DNA of 63,485 bases, filler included, from Collodictyon triciliatum (Eukaryota), in assembly GCA_043381765.1 (NCBI GenBank). It is 8 parts of 8 records of this genome, joined end to end, with 100 filler letters (N's around TTAATTAATTAA, not from the genome) between each part and the next. Parts side by side here need not be neighbours in the genome. Positions count along the whole stretch, not along the records: positions 11,609 to 23,106 come from JBHJMP010002394.1; positions 23,207 to 34,691 come from JBHJMP010002395.1; 6 more parts are not named here. One strand, written 5' to 3'. Below, piece after piece: positions 12,988-29,268 of this stretch (position 1 is its first letter; each line of letters begins with the position of its first letter). The notes below the pieces were generated by a model. That model did not search any database and had not been told where the DNA came from. It saw only the letters and a program-made list of their open reading frames with translations. The translations under genes were made by a program, and so were the position numbers.

Positions 12988-13294
12988 TGGGTAACAGCGG
13001 AAACAGTAAAAGCTTTGAAGAACCCATTCAAGTTTAATGTCTTCTTTCCTAAATAAACAAATATCAAAGTGGGTGTGGGTGGGTGTAAATAGAAATCCGG
13101 TATGGTCTAACCTGAAGGAAAAACCATGAGTCTCTGATAAGAGCACTAATAATAAAGATGATTGTAGCCACATGGAGAAAAACGAAACTCAAACGGAAGG
13201 TTTGCTTGAAGTACCACGAGCGAACCATTTTCTTGGTAAGAACTAAGCGAAAAGGAAAAACTTTAAAGAATTCGACCATAATACGCAGCCACAT
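11822..13294 (-). CDS. Claudin/PMP22-superfamily-like four-TM protein (multi-exon)
   Basis: Exon fragments: TM1 FVFLHVATIIFIISALIRDSWF; loop LSYGLWRIS with later C-x5-C (ECYEMDGFCR); TM2 AFLAASIVIMSFLPISYFLK; TM3 FWWLVTINIFFIITSIIWIAS; last exon ARYGLSSSVGLTLAALMTSGLHLAFM...ITAR* (stop 11822). Start (13294 or 13228) and some junctions uncertain. Confidence 0.5.
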
Positions 13295-13927
13295 TTTTTA
13301 AAAAATTTTTTCATTTGTTTTCCAGGCAGTTTTTATGTTCTGCTTTTGTCTTACTATATCTTTGTCTTCTTTTTCCCCCTTCTACTTCTTATTTTCTTAT
13401 CATTTTTATCTTTTTTCTGGTTTATATTTTATTTAATATCCGTCTTTTTGATTTGTTATTGTTAATGTGGTTTTATTATTATTCTTTTTTCTATTTTCTA
13501 CTTGTATATTGTTTTTGTGGCTCTCATAGTCAAATATTAATTAAAGGACGATCCACTTTGAACCGAATAAAGGAAAAAAAATCAAAGGACGATCAACAAA
13601 GTCAACTCTTCAAACAATTTATCATGAATGTAATGACTAAAAGAAAAAAAAGAAAAGGAAAAAAAAAGAGAGAACCTGGGTAAAAGAAAGAGAAAAAATA
13701 AACTATAACAATGTATCGCTCAACAAAATAGAATCAGACTCGGAGAAATCGGCGCGAGAGTTTGCCAGAACACCAGCGATCGGTGGCACATTGGTTCCAT
13801 TTTTGGAAAATATAATTGCATAAACAGGTTGATCGCAATATTGCTGTGTGGAAGTCCTTCGCCACCCCACAGGCCAAGAGACAAAAATCGAATGATAAGG
13901 GCGCGAGGTTGAGAATGCAGGCGCTTT

Positions 13928-14066
13928 ATCCATCCATCCATCCATCCATCCATCCATCCATCCATCCATCCATCCATCCATTCATTCATTCATTCATTCA
14001 TTCATTTGTTTGTTTGTTTGTTTGTTTGTTTGTTTGTTTGTTTGTTTGTTTGTTTGTTTGTTTGTT
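13928..14066. repeat. Compound microsatellite (ATCC)n(ATTC)n(TTTG)n
   Basis: Directly visible. Confidence 0.95.
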
Positions 14067-14152
14067 TATTTTCTTCACAACTCCTGCCAGGGCTCGCCAT
14101 GGAGCACTCTTGAGAGAGAGCCTGGAGCTGTGCCAAAGGAATGAAATCCCCA

Positions 14153-14644
14153 CTATCGGAGCAGCTTTTTATCCCTCAATGCACCGATGATTCGCGGGAT
14201 GAGGTATTCATAAGTGGAAGAAAAGAGGGATGAAATGACCTTGGAACAGTACTCTTTAACACCCGAGATGGTGATGGCTGTATTAGTTAGCAAACTTAAT
14301 TCCGATAAGATGACGGCGATGATAAGCCCTGGAACTCCGCCAACTAGGAAACCTGCACCTCCAGCGGTGAGCGGCTGTATTTGCCTGATTGCGAGCTCCT
14401 TAAGGGCTGAAGGAGAGCATTTTGATACCACAATATCGGCAAGATACGTTGACATAACGTCAGCCAGCCCCGGGATCAATGTGATGGGATTCAGTAACCT
14501 GATTGAGGAAAATCCCTTCTGGAAGGCAGCTTTGCCAACGTCCTTGAATACGGAAAATACACATTTGCCAGTAGTTATCAGAGCAGACGGCTTTTTAGTC
14601 GAAGGATCCTCACCATTGTCCTTTTTGGAGGATTTGTTGCCCAT
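14153..14644 (-). CDS. Intronless 163-aa orphan with predicted N-myristoylation signal and Gly-rich hydrophobic segment
   Basis: MGNKSSKK fits MGxxxS plus basic residues; LTAGGAGFLVGGVPGLIIAVILSELSLL is hydrophobic; open frame in AT-rich surroundings. Confidence 0.55.
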   Translation of the reverse strand: MGNKSSKKDNGEDPSTKKPSALITTGKCVFSVFKDVGKAAFQKGFSSIRLLNPITLIPGLADVMSTYLADIVVSKCSPSALKELAIRQIQPLTAGGAGFLVGGVPGLIIAVILSELSLLTNTAITISGVKEYCSKVISSLFSSTYEYLIPRIIGALRDKKLLR

Positions 14645-15599
14645 ATGTCAGAAACCTACGGATTCTCTATCCATGTTGCATGGAAAGAGAATATGTTCGT
14701 GCCAAAGGAAAAAATGTACGAATTAGAAAGAAATGAATGTCCTTAGAAAGCTTCGCTACTTTTTCCATCTCTATAAGTTATTTTGTGGATATATGTATTA
14801 AATCAAGTGAGAGAATATATTCATCTGTGAGATAGCTGGACTGGTCCAAAATGCTCATATTCTAGTTCGGCTCCTTTCCACGGGATGCAAAGGTTTGTTG
14901 TCTATTACAGGCTCACCCGTCGGTGAAATGCGTTGAGTTGAGTTTGTTGCTGCCCAATGCTTCGCAGTCATTCGACTTTCCTCTCATTTATACTGTGAGT
15001 GACGGAACGGTGGATCAACACATGACTTGAGGGAATGGGGTATTACAGAACAGTTGACCAAACCACCAAAGTTTCGTTAACACTTACCTCGGATTAAATG
15101 TGCCAGTGACCCATGTAGAGTATTTATATTTGCCATAGTTTTCTAAGGGGGAGGATGTGTCGATTCCTTTCGCAAATAAAATTTTAATAGATATTCTCTA
15201 CTCTTTTTTTTTTTTTTCCGATTAGAAATGTGGGGAATAGAATATAAATGTTCCCTAATTCTTATAACCTAACAAAGAAAAAAAAATAAATGTTCCCTGT
15301 TTATCACTTTCTAAAGTGGAAAAGAAAAATAGGTTCGAACACTGAACTGTAATGTCTGCCTTATTACAGAATTCATTTACGATTTCATAAAGGATGACTT
15401 GTGAAAAAAAATGAAATGAAATGAGATCTTTATAGGTTCATGGGTTTAATCATGTAAAGTGTTATTTACTATTGGTTGATGGACAAGTAAACTCTACACA
15501 CGATTATTACTTTGCTTTATTTCAATAGGAATGACGGAAAAGAACACACGGTGCTTTTATTCCCAGACAGATTATGTAAAATATGACTTGATTCATTTA

Positions 15600-16130
15600 C
15601 CTACCAACAAGAAGCATCCGAGCATTTGGTTGCTTACACACAAAATTAAAAACAAATATAAAACACAGAGAGCTGTGGATAGGTGCGCGTGTAGTCCATG
15701 CAGCAACGACCTCCCCAGAATGCACCATGTGCCATAATGGAGATGACTCTATCGAACACACATTTGTGAAGTGCTCTCTTGCTCAAAAAGTGACAGAATC
15801 CACCCACAAGATGCTCTCTGAGCTTGATTATGCTCCCAACCGACTCAGCGCGTCAGACATCCTGTTTGGCCCACAATACCAAATGACCCACGACTCTAGA
15901 ATACTCTGGACAGGCTTGAAAGCCTCGTGCGATACAGCTTCCTGAACAGTCTGCTGAAACACGCTCGCATTCTTCGCTACTCTGACCGCAAGCGAAGAGA
16001 GATGTGGGAATGTGTCGTGCGATATCTCCCACGGCATATGCAACCCCTGCTACCCACACAACCAATCAACTAGTCGGGTCGCCCACCTGGCCAACTCGCT
16101 ATCACTGATTTCTTTCCAGTGTTGTTAGCA
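15600..16130 (+). mobile_element. Decayed non-LTR (L1/Tx1-like) retrotransposon ORF2 C-terminal fragment with RT-associated CCHC zinc finger
   Basis: CTMCHNGDDSIEHTFVKC..LSASDILFGP..ILW followed by stops and frameshifts; aligns by eye with the copy at 33850-34530. Boundaries approximate. Confidence 0.7.
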
Positions 16131-17284
16131 TCTTCACAGTAGTCTTCTTCTTGCGCCTGCTCCCTGCAACCTTTTGATGAAGCTAAAATATGTGAATTTC
16201 TGGAAATTAAATGTATAGTATTATTTCTGGCCACCCAAATTGAATGTGACTGTTATTACCTGAAAGTTGTAGATTTATTACATTAATATGTACTATGTGA
16301 GTGTAAAATATGTCATTTGCTTCGCGGTTTTCACATGTGGGCAAATTGTTTGCTGGTGCACAACTCTGCCGTTATGAACCCAGGGCGCAAACTTGCACTC
16401 CTGCATCTTGTAATTCGAGCCACTCTCTTTATCCGACAGAGGCGCAGAGGCGTGAGTATATCTCGAGAATCCCTTGCTGGCCGCTTCGTCGAAGGTGTGG
16501 AGGTTTCGGGAAGGGCGTGAATCAGGGTTTGACCAGGCGCAAAAAAAAAAAAAAAAAGAGGACAAAAAGAAAACCACATCTCTGGAATATAGCGCATTTC
16601 AGGCTATATTTTACTTGCAGTTGATTGAATATTCTGTGTGCATAAACTAATTTGTCCTTGTTTCATTTCGGTTATCGGGTTTCGGTCTGCGGGGGTTGTG
16701 GGGTGGAATTAGGGCGTGGGAAGTTGGCTGGAAAGCTATTGAGTCTGTGATTAGTTTGTGGGGCTGTGTCTGTGAGTCGTGAGAGAAGGAACCGACTCCG
16801 CTCACGCTTGATTGATGTGGAAGATCTGGATGAAGGGTATCGTGCGTCTTTAAGTGGGGTGTGATATGGCGCAAGGGACTGACTGAAAAGAAAGAGACTT
16901 GCGCAACGCATTTTCCCGTCTCCCAAAAGTGGCATACAAGGAAGTTGATTCATAGGTGGGACGAACCAACCACAGCAACTGGGAAACGTTGTGGAGAAAC
17001 AAAAAAAAAAGTTTTTTTTTTGGTTTGTTTGCTTTTCTTTTCTGCTATTGTCGAAGTTGCAAGTCTTCACCGAAGGATCAACCAAAAGATCGCACGTTCT
17101 TTTCATCCGTGCCTGCCTTCCGCGACACTTGTTGTCTCGACAGGGAGTGACTGGCGCGTTTTCAAAAAAATAGATAAAATACCTTATAAAGACGCACTTA
17201 ACAGTCTTCTCCAAAACATATAGGATTGATCGAAAGCGACGCACGGCCTTCTTCCGATACTCAGGAAGCCTTTGTTTCTTTCGA

Positions 17285-20200
17285 ATGGGCTTCCGCAGGA
17301 TCGCTGCTCTATGCGTTTTTATCTCCTGCGTTGTGGCTCCGGCGATCTTTTGCGGTTCTCATATCAACTGAAAATAGTCACACATGACACATATTAAACC
17401 ATACAAAATAGCATCAAATACTTATGTAATACTTATATAGTACATGGAAAATATAAAGGAAAAAAAATAGTACATGGAAAATAGACATTTAATAATACAA
17501 ATAGATTTGAAACACAAAAATACACACCGGTAATTGTATCAATGGTATACAGCGTCCTCATGGGAAAGTTTGACTGATAATCCAGTACCTGGATTCTACA
17601 ACACTGCTGCAAACGATGACCGCTACATTTACTATCTTGGTGACCTGTAGGGAAATATTTAACGAACAGCACCTTTTCTTGTATTGATGAAGTTCACCAT
17701 ACTAAATGTTTATTTCTCAGTTATAGCACGTCTACACAGCAGATTCATCAGAACTCATTCAGCTTGCTCTACATCTTTGACACAGGTTGAAAGATTTTTG
17801 TAACTTAAATCACACAAGTTCGATTGTTTACACGAATTGTAAATTCAACACATTCAGTCAGCCGAATATGGTCCAGCACACCTCTAACTGGCTCGGTCCC
17901 TGATCGGCGCTCAGAATATTCGCTTATATGTCACAAGAACAAGGTAGATTGTCTGCTTTACTCAGTTTTGAACTGCATGATGCTATAAAAACATAATATA
18001 GGAAATTAATATTAAAAATTTGAAGCAAAACGATAACAAAAAAACGATAACAAAAAAACGATAACAAAAAAACGATAACAAAAAAACGATAGCAAAAAAC
18101 GATAACAAAAAAAAACGATAGCAAAAAATCCAGAAAAATGATTATGTTCAATATAAAGCACAATTATACTTCAGTATGATATCGCCATTATTGAAAAATT
18201 CTCTTCAAATATTGTTTAATGTCAATGTGGGTCATTTATTTGACGTCTAATCAAGCAATCACCAATACACCTCATACGTTTACATAGCTTTATGTATTCG
18301 GGGGAACGACCACAGTGGAGCTTAATTCTGTGTACGCCCTGGATCTGGCCACAAAGTCATGGTCTCCTCTCTCTCCTGCTACCTCTGTACAACCAAGTCC
18401 CAGACGTACCAGTTTTAGTTTTGTGATGGACAACAAAGTGTTCTTCCGTGGTGGCTACTCCCAGCAAGCCTCAACAACACAAATCTATCAAGATTTGTGG
18501 TCTTTCGATCCCGGTATCTATACCTATATCTTATCTAATTTTTTATGACCCTAAAAACATAACTACATTTGAAGATAATGAACACCGAATAGACACCCTC
18601 CCTCGTTCCCCTCTCACTTCTTTGACCTAGATTTTCCATTATTATTACTATTCTACAGAGAAAAATATATGGAAGACGTACAATTTCACAAGTCCCACTC
18701 GACCGAATGTGTACTGGGGTGTAGAAGCTTATCACTACAGGACTCTCTACGTGTACAGCGGAAAGACAGTCTATTCATCTCTCGATCTTTGGGCTCTCAA
18801 TCTCGGTAGATTTGCTGCGATTCCTTTTTTTTTTTATTGCAAAAGAAATAATATAAATGAATGTAATGATTCATCTCTTGAATATGGATAGTAATTTGAT
18901 GAATTTTCCCCTATTTCCTTTCTGACTTTGTCTGGGTCCTCTTTTCTCTTTTTTCTTTTCGATTTTTTTTTTAAACCATACCAATTAAATCAGATACCCT
19001 CTCATGGAGCATCGTGATGACTGGAGAGATTCCTCGGCTCATGTCAGAGGCGGTTATTTATCAGAATAAATTCATTTACTTTGGTGGTTCCATGAGCGCT
19101 TTTATGTTTTCTGGGACATCTGATCTGAACGCAATAGACCTCGGTGAGTTTTGATAATCTTCCATTTATCAGTCAATGAAGCGGAATTTTACCAATTGAC
19201 GCAAATAATCGGTCCCTCAACATCAAGGCTCAAATAATTATTGATGCCCACAGCAGACATATTTCTTGAGCCTTTCGTAGTTGTTTTTGTCGTGATATGT
19301 AAAATTCAAGATATGTCCTCCTAATAATTGATATGTAAACCATCCTCCATAGGCAACTACACCCATACAGCCTCAACCAATTATATGAGCCAACCCGACT
19401 TTTACCGCTTTCCGTTTCAGTATCCATTGCCTAGGCTAAGTCACATAATGCGATTGGTTAACGGGAAAATTTACCTGGTAATGGGGAGGAGCTCAATAAC
19501 CTTGAATGATGTTTGGGTCTTGAACCCTGGTAATGCCCTCATTCAAGAAACAAAATTCCCCTCAAATTTACCACAATCCTATAGTCTATTCCTTTTCCCT
19601 CACTTTTCAATGCCCAATACTTTATAAGAACCTTCCTTGAGCTTGTTAATATTAGGGATGAGTAAGGAAAATATTTCATTTTCTCACAATATAATTGAGA
19701 ACCGAAAAATACGTTTTCTTTGGGTTTTAGATACATTGGTATGGGAATGGAATTCTTTGTCTTCACAGCCGCTTGCCAGAACACTTCCTGCGTATACTAA
19801 AATCGATGATAGCAATCTTGTCATCTTTGGAGAAGGCACCTCATCTAACAGATACCCTTTGAATGACCTTTGGAACTTCAATATTGGTAGTTTTCTGTGT
19901 GACATTCATAAATATGACGTGTTTGAGCCAAGCTATCTCATAGAAATAAATAAACGAGATGATGAAATTTATGTAACAAAAATCTCGGCGAAATAACAAC
20001 AGATACCAGAAAATGGACATGCATCCAAAGAGAGTCAACCTGCATACCGACCAACACAAGCTGTGTCCCACAACTTCTAAATCCGGTTTCTCCCTTCTCA
20101 ACATATAAAGTTTCCCCTTAACACAAGCATGTATTCCAGCAAACGGAAGGCACTTACTAAAATACTTCAATTATCATACAGTCTATAGCATATCACAACA

Positions 20201-22862
20201 ATACTCTTTACCTCATCGGGGGAGACATTCCAAACTATGTAGAGAGAGACCAAATCTTTCGCCAATATTTCTTTGGTAATACATCATGTGATTTTTTTTT
20301 TGATTACGAAAGTCATATACTGCATTGATGAACTATAGTCCATTCTATTCTCAGCCTTTGTATTGAGTTTTTACAATCAAATCTTGTTTTTTTTTTTAAC
20401 CTCGCTCCTTAGGCAATAAAACATGGAGTTCGTTCACTTTGAGATGGAAGAGCTCAACAATCGGGTCACCAGGATTTCTTACTGGTGCTGCGAACCGCCT
20501 GATCGGATCCTATCTATACATCTGGGGCGGACGAACAAACTTCAATAGAGCTTTGAATAATGCACCCCCAATTAAGATAGATATGAATACGTTGGAGGCT
20601 GAAACATTTACTATGGTCGGCACAGCGCCCACAAACCGTGTAATGGCCCGCGGATTTTCTGATAAGGGCGCTTTCTGTTTCTACGGAGGATATATCACCA
20701 CGGCCTCCCCTTTTGGTGATGTCTGGTGCTTTAATGATAAAGGTCATTTATAAACATATTCTTTGAATTACTTTGATTTTTATATCGATAAATATTATAC
20801 GATATAGTCTCATTATTTTAGATGCTCATGATATCCTTATTCATAATCTAGTCGGCAACTATTCATGGAGCAACACAGTTTCATCTTCCTTCACCAATTT
20901 TGTGAACACATCCCCTGGAGTGGTTTACTTTGGACAACTACTTCTCTTCGGAGGAACGCTGTCGAATATAGATCAGAACTCGATTTTCGCTCTGCAAGGT
21001 ATTTTTTTTTTTTTGAACGAAGACAAATCCCAAAAATAATATTCATGCTCTCAACCAAATGTGTCTTATTTTTATGAGAGGTAACCACCCATGTCACGCA
21101 CAAATCCCTAGACAGAATGAATTACGTGAGAAAATTTTGCATATAGGCCAAACATTCAGCGAACTACCAAAGGCCCCCAATGTTCCCTCTACAGTCGCAG
21201 ATGCTATTGCGGAACTATTTGGCTCCAAGTTGTTTGTCCTATCTGGCGTGTTAGTGAACAGGCGGATATTTGTTCTTCAGATGATTGACTTGTGTAAGTA
21301 TTCTTTTAATATTAGCCCATTGATTTCTCCAAGACCCAAATAATTCTTTGATAAAAACATATATACCCCAATCGAGATGTAATTCGATATATCCTGGGTT
21401 GCTATGGTCACATCCTTGTACCATCATTGATTCCCTTCTTTGATTTTCATAGCTGCATATTTTTGCGAAGGAACATCCTCAATAGATGCATCTCAGGTTG
21501 CTATGTTTGGAGACTCGAGCGGGTCTTTTAACTATTTCCCAGGAACAAATTGTAACTGGATGGTGTCTGGGGCCTATTGGATTAGTGTAAAGCTCATATA
21601 TTGCACGCAGTCCCCTTTTTCTTTTTCTTTTTCTTTTTCTTTTTCTTTTTCTTTTTCTTTTTCTTTTTCTTTTTCTTTTCTTCTATTAATTAAAGATTGG
21701 CCAATTAGGTTATAGTGCCAATTTCATCAAAATCACCCAACCAAGTAAATAAGTAACGAAACAAAAATTATAGCTTCTAGATATCAATATAAGTCCTGAA
21801 ACATCTCTTGTCGCCACCAGCTATGGATGCCCGCAATACTCTCACCTGTTTGTTGAAACGGTCCTTCATGAGAATGTACTAGCTCTACTTATTTGGAGTG
21901 CTATATCAACATATATAGCTTATATATACATGTTGATTATGTCATTACTCTAAATGGAAATCTATGTGTATATATATGATGAGAAACAATCATCTAATGA
22001 AGAAGATAAAAGCTTCGAATGGTGTCACAAAACACTGAGATTACAAATGATGTTTTTCGTTATCTACACAGGTTACTTTGGATAATCAAGACCACCAGAA
22101 AGCCTTTTTGATGTCCACAAATTACTTCAAAATAAGCTTCAAAGTTCCTCTCAACAGTGACGCTGCGCGTGGTTTTACCATCAAAGCATTCTGTACGCTT
22201 CTTGTTACGTCCTTCGTCTGATTTTCTTCTGGCCCGATGGGCCATTTCTTTACTCGCGGCAACTAATTATAATTCTTATTTGCTGCATATCTATATAGCC
22301 TGTCCCAAGGGATATCTTGTTTCAAATAGCACTTGCGTATGCCCGCCCACAAGGTTTATCAATATCGCTGGAGAGTGCGCTCAGTGTCCTATAGGCATGA
22401 CTCAGGACCCCTCGAATAAGGTTTGCAACCAATTAGAAACCGTCTCATACAAATTATCCATCTTATTTGCTGAGGAAACAACATATCTGAGCAAATGACA
22501 CTTGTCCTTTTTCTTTTCTTCTTTTATTTCAGCTAACTTTCATGAGTAATACAGAAAAAATGTGTACCGATAGATCGAAACGATCATATCAGCCCGATGA
22601 GACTGGAAATTCTCGGTGAGAAAATAACAGATGTGCTTGAGCAAAAAATGACATCTGTACTAATTCAAATACCTTTGAAACACCCCAGATTTGATGGGCT
22701 CTGGTCAACTGAAACGACTTTCTAAAAGCCCACCTCCCTCGTTGTATCCAAGTGCTGTAACAATTGGAAATGACACTTACATTCTGGGCGGATACGCCTA
22801 TACGGACGTCGCTATATCCATCTTTTCTCCCATGAATGAAATCATCCATACGAAAGGATCGG
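17285..22862 (+). CDS. Large secreted or cell-surface Kelch-repeat + CUB-like + Cys-rich protein; 3' end truncated at gap
   Basis: Signal peptide MGFRRIAALCVFISCVVAPAIFC|A; many Kelch blades (LYVFGG..VYALDL..W, VFFRGG..DLWSFD, IYLVMG..NDVWVLN, YLYIWGG, FYGG..DVWCFN, LLLFGG); CUB-like CEG..GDSSGSFNYFPGTNCNWMV; Cys-rich CPKGY..CVCPP..GECAQCPIG; further Kelch (TYILGG). Confidence 0.8.
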
Positions 22863-23206
22863 GTATATATTGGATTGTCTCACTTCTGCTTCCTCTGCAT
22901 CATATGTTTTTGTTTTTGTCCTTGTTTTTGTCTTTGTTTTTGTTTTTGTTTTTGTTTTTGTTTTTGTTTTTGTTTTTGTTTTTGTTTTGTTTTTGTTTTT
23001 GTTTTTGTTTTTGTTTTTGTTTTTGTTTTTGTTTTTGTTTTTGTTTTGTTTTTGTTTTTGTCTCTGTTTCTGTTTCTGTTTCTGTTTCTGTTTCTGTTTC
23101 TGTTTCNNNNNNNNNNNNNNNNNNNNNNNNNNNNNNNNNNNNNNNNNNNNTTAATTAATTAANNNNNNNNNNNNNNNNNNNNNNNNNNNNNNNNNNNNNN
23201 NNNNNN

Positions 23207-23560
23207 GCTGCATCCAGATGCAAAAAAATTATGGGCAGTGACGCGAGGCCATTTGCTGTGGACTATGTGGATAGCGCGCATATACTCACGCAAAGCAAGA
23301 CTCAACAACCAGCCACCCATTCCTGATAATAGGCTGGATGACATCATACAAATCTCTTTCCTCAATAGCTTTCTTCGCCACCTGCACGTTCTCTACTACT
23401 CAGACCCCGTGAGAAGAGACATGTGGAAAGAAGCTGAGAAGGAGATTAAACCTTGCCTTGTCTCTCTCATGCAAGCACAAGACCCAGGCTACAGGCCAAA
23501 CCGCAGGATGCAATTGCTGATTGCTGACTGCTGACTGCTGACTGCTGACTGCTGATTACT
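23207..23560 (+). mobile_element. Non-LTR retrotransposon 3' fragment (same family as 33850-34530)
   Basis: LWAVTRGHLLWTMWIARIYSRK...PGYRPNRRMQLL; about 315 nt align at roughly 90% identity (by eye) to the reverse complement of 33880-34195. Confidence 0.75.
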
Positions 23561-24061
23561 TCCCTGTCAGCCCAAAGTAGCACCCGAACGATGGTAAGAT
23601 AATGGGTGGCATCCAAGCCAATCTGGGCCTGAACGTTTCCGCTTTCTTGCTTCCTATTTTCCTTTTTTTTTTTCAAGTTTGGATTCACTCCTTTGCCTTT
23701 TTTTTTTTTGTCGAGTAACTGATAGGATGCTTAGATGAATGAGAAGTTTTCTTAGCATGACGCCTGTAAAAGTGAATGCCTGCGAAAGGATAACTCGGGA
23801 TCGATCACAATCGTCTAAAGCCTAGTTTCTTCTGCGAATCACTCTGTTGTAAAGAAACATACAAGCAATACAAAACCTTTTCTCTTCTTGAAAAAAGAAA
23901 GAAAGAACAGTTTATGTTGAGCCTATTGGCTAGTGAAGTTCATCTAAATTGACGATGACATGTTCAGAGAAAAGAAAAGGACAACAGAACAAATGAGGAA
24001 CTTGGAAAGATTGAAAAAGTCGAACATCAAAGGACTAATAGCCGAACAGAGACGACAACGA

Positions 24062-27082
<3,021 letters not shown>

Positions 27083-27831
27083 CTTGCTAGAACTCTTTTC
27101 GTTGCCTTTTCTTTCTTTTCTCTTCCTCCTAATAGCGCAATTGCGTTTGAATAATTCTTGAATAGAAGAAGGTTCACTCACGAGCACTTCATACAAGACT
27201 CTGAGTTATTCCAAGCCTTGCAGTCGCACTGCTTACGTCGGCCTCCTTGAGATCGGTTGAGGCAGAGAAATCTGCTGGTGATTTGTGTGATGATCAAATC
27301 GAAAAGATCACAAGATCCTCTGCTGCAAGCGCGATATTTCCACTATTGGATTAATTCCATGATTCATCAACAAGATAATACATTTATGGAATGTTTGTCG
27401 AGCCAATCAATCTGGATTCCTGAGCACCACATCATTATCAACTTCATTAAGACCATACCCAAAGCCCGTCGATCAATCAGGCTCAGTCAAAAAGCGGCTG
27501 CAGAGCAAAGGACGGAGGCAAGAACAAAGAGAGGCCGGATGTCGCAAGGCTGCCTGAGAAGCGGCTGGGCTCCATGATGGATTTTGCAAAAAGCTCGGAT
27601 TTAAGCAACAAGAAAGGCGCGCCATCAAATAGAGTTACCACGCACTTCTTCCTGCTCGAACAAAGATCAACAGGAGTTTGCAAACAACCAGCCTTCCCTT
27701 TGAAATGAAGTGGGAAACCAAAGAATGTTTTCCCTCTGTGTTCATGGCCTCCTTTTTGCGTTTCCCTACCCAGCTGCTCCGATTAATCGAATAACTGCAC
27801 CGTTTCCTCTGTTTTCTCTCGCTCCCTTCAG

Positions 27832-28654
27832 ATGTCAACCGTCCTCTTTTCAGCCCGCCAGTCGCTGGCCTCACTTGTTCGCCCGGTCGTTGCCAATCAA
27901 GTGCGCTTTCATCAGGCTGCTGCCTCAACTGCAACCACGTTGAAACCGGTACTCAAACACTCTGTCAACTTCGCACTCATTTTCTCTTTCTTTTTCTTTT
28001 TCATTTTTTCATTTTTTCATTTTTTCATTTTTTCATTTTTTCATTTTTTCTTTGCTCCAAAGCGCAGTTCCAAAGAACGCACGACAAGTGCTTAAGTTTC
28101 ACCCGTCAACAACATTTTCTAAGCAGGCTGCTTTCACCCATACTGTTTTTTCCAATCTTCCAACAATACAAAGGGAAACCAGAAAACCCCGCTAGAATGT
28201 GTTTCTGAGCAGAAGGCGATACTCATTGACGGACGCTCAGTCTACTGCAACGGAGGTTTGTCTGACAATTACTGGCGCCACTCACTTATCTTAGCAGCCT
28301 TATTGGTGTCAAATGAGAATAACAAATGGACACATCAGCGCTTTTTCTCTTTCTCTCTTTTGTACTCACATGAATTCGACGCACCTCGGCTTTCTTTCAT
28401 CACACTCTTTCCTTGAGATGTTAGCTATGCATGTGTAATGAAAACTGGAAGGGGATATGGCGAGTAATCATGATGAAAATCTGAGGCTAATTGATTGTTT
28501 GGGTCTAGGAAGCGAAGTGAACGGCCATCCTCGTGTCTGGATCAACCTTGACAAGCCGTACACAATGGCCTGCGGATACTGCGGTCTTCGTTACGCCCAG
28601 AAGCATCTCGTCGAGGAACACGGAGGCGAACTCCCCCTCTACACAGCCGTCTGA
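27832..28654 (+). CDS. NDUFS6: Mitochondrial complex I 13 kDa zinc-finger subunit (NDUFS6/NUMM), 3 exons
   Basis: Presequence-like MSTVLFSARQSLASLVRPVV; exon 2 ...GRSVYCNG|G..GHPRVWINLDKP..ACGYCGLRY (zf-CHCC). Confidence 0.92.
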
Positions 28655-29268
28655 GATCCACACAGAACACCCGACAACAAAGCATAGCACAGCCCAATTA
28701 AAGAAAACAAAAAGGAAAGATAAACTTACAACTCACCCAAAGGACACATCTCTAGACTCGTATTTATATCAAAACTAGGTGCACGATTTGCACATTGCAG
28801 GTGGGAGCAGTGCGGTTTGGTATATTTTCCAGATTAGCAGAACGGTTTCCTTGAATCTTCGATACCGTCCAACATCACTTTCGAAATCAGATTTGTAAAC
28901 CTTTCTTTTGGAGCAGGAGTCGAGTGAGTGTTGCGATCGACAAGCCTGCGTCCCGAACGAAACTGCTTTTCTTTTTCTTCTTAAAATTGCCAATCGCTGA
29001 TAAGCAAGTAATTGAATTCCTTATTTCATACTATTTTCTTTTCCTGGCCTTTTCTTGCTTTTTTTTATCGTGGGCGAGGCTACCGCAGGCCTGCTGATAA
29101 AGCATCGGCTGGCCAGATCAAAGGCCTTCCCTTGCGCTTTTATCACGTTTGCGCTATTGAGAGGTTGCCTCCCGTCCTCCTTGTTTGTTTGAGAGACAGA
29201 AAAACAAGACTCCACCACACACTGACTACAAGTGCTAGCAGGGAAAAAGAAAGCCACCCAGAAACAAA

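Noticed and set aside
14214-14726. 170-aa plus-strand ORF
   Set aside because: Antisense shadow of the minus-strand ORF that has an ATG and myristoylation signal; it starts at a non-ATG codon and shows no motifs.
16293-17244. Several overlapping ORFs upstream of the Kelch gene
   Set aside because: No recognisable motifs or consistent exon structure; may be promoter or UTR. A small gene cannot be excluded.
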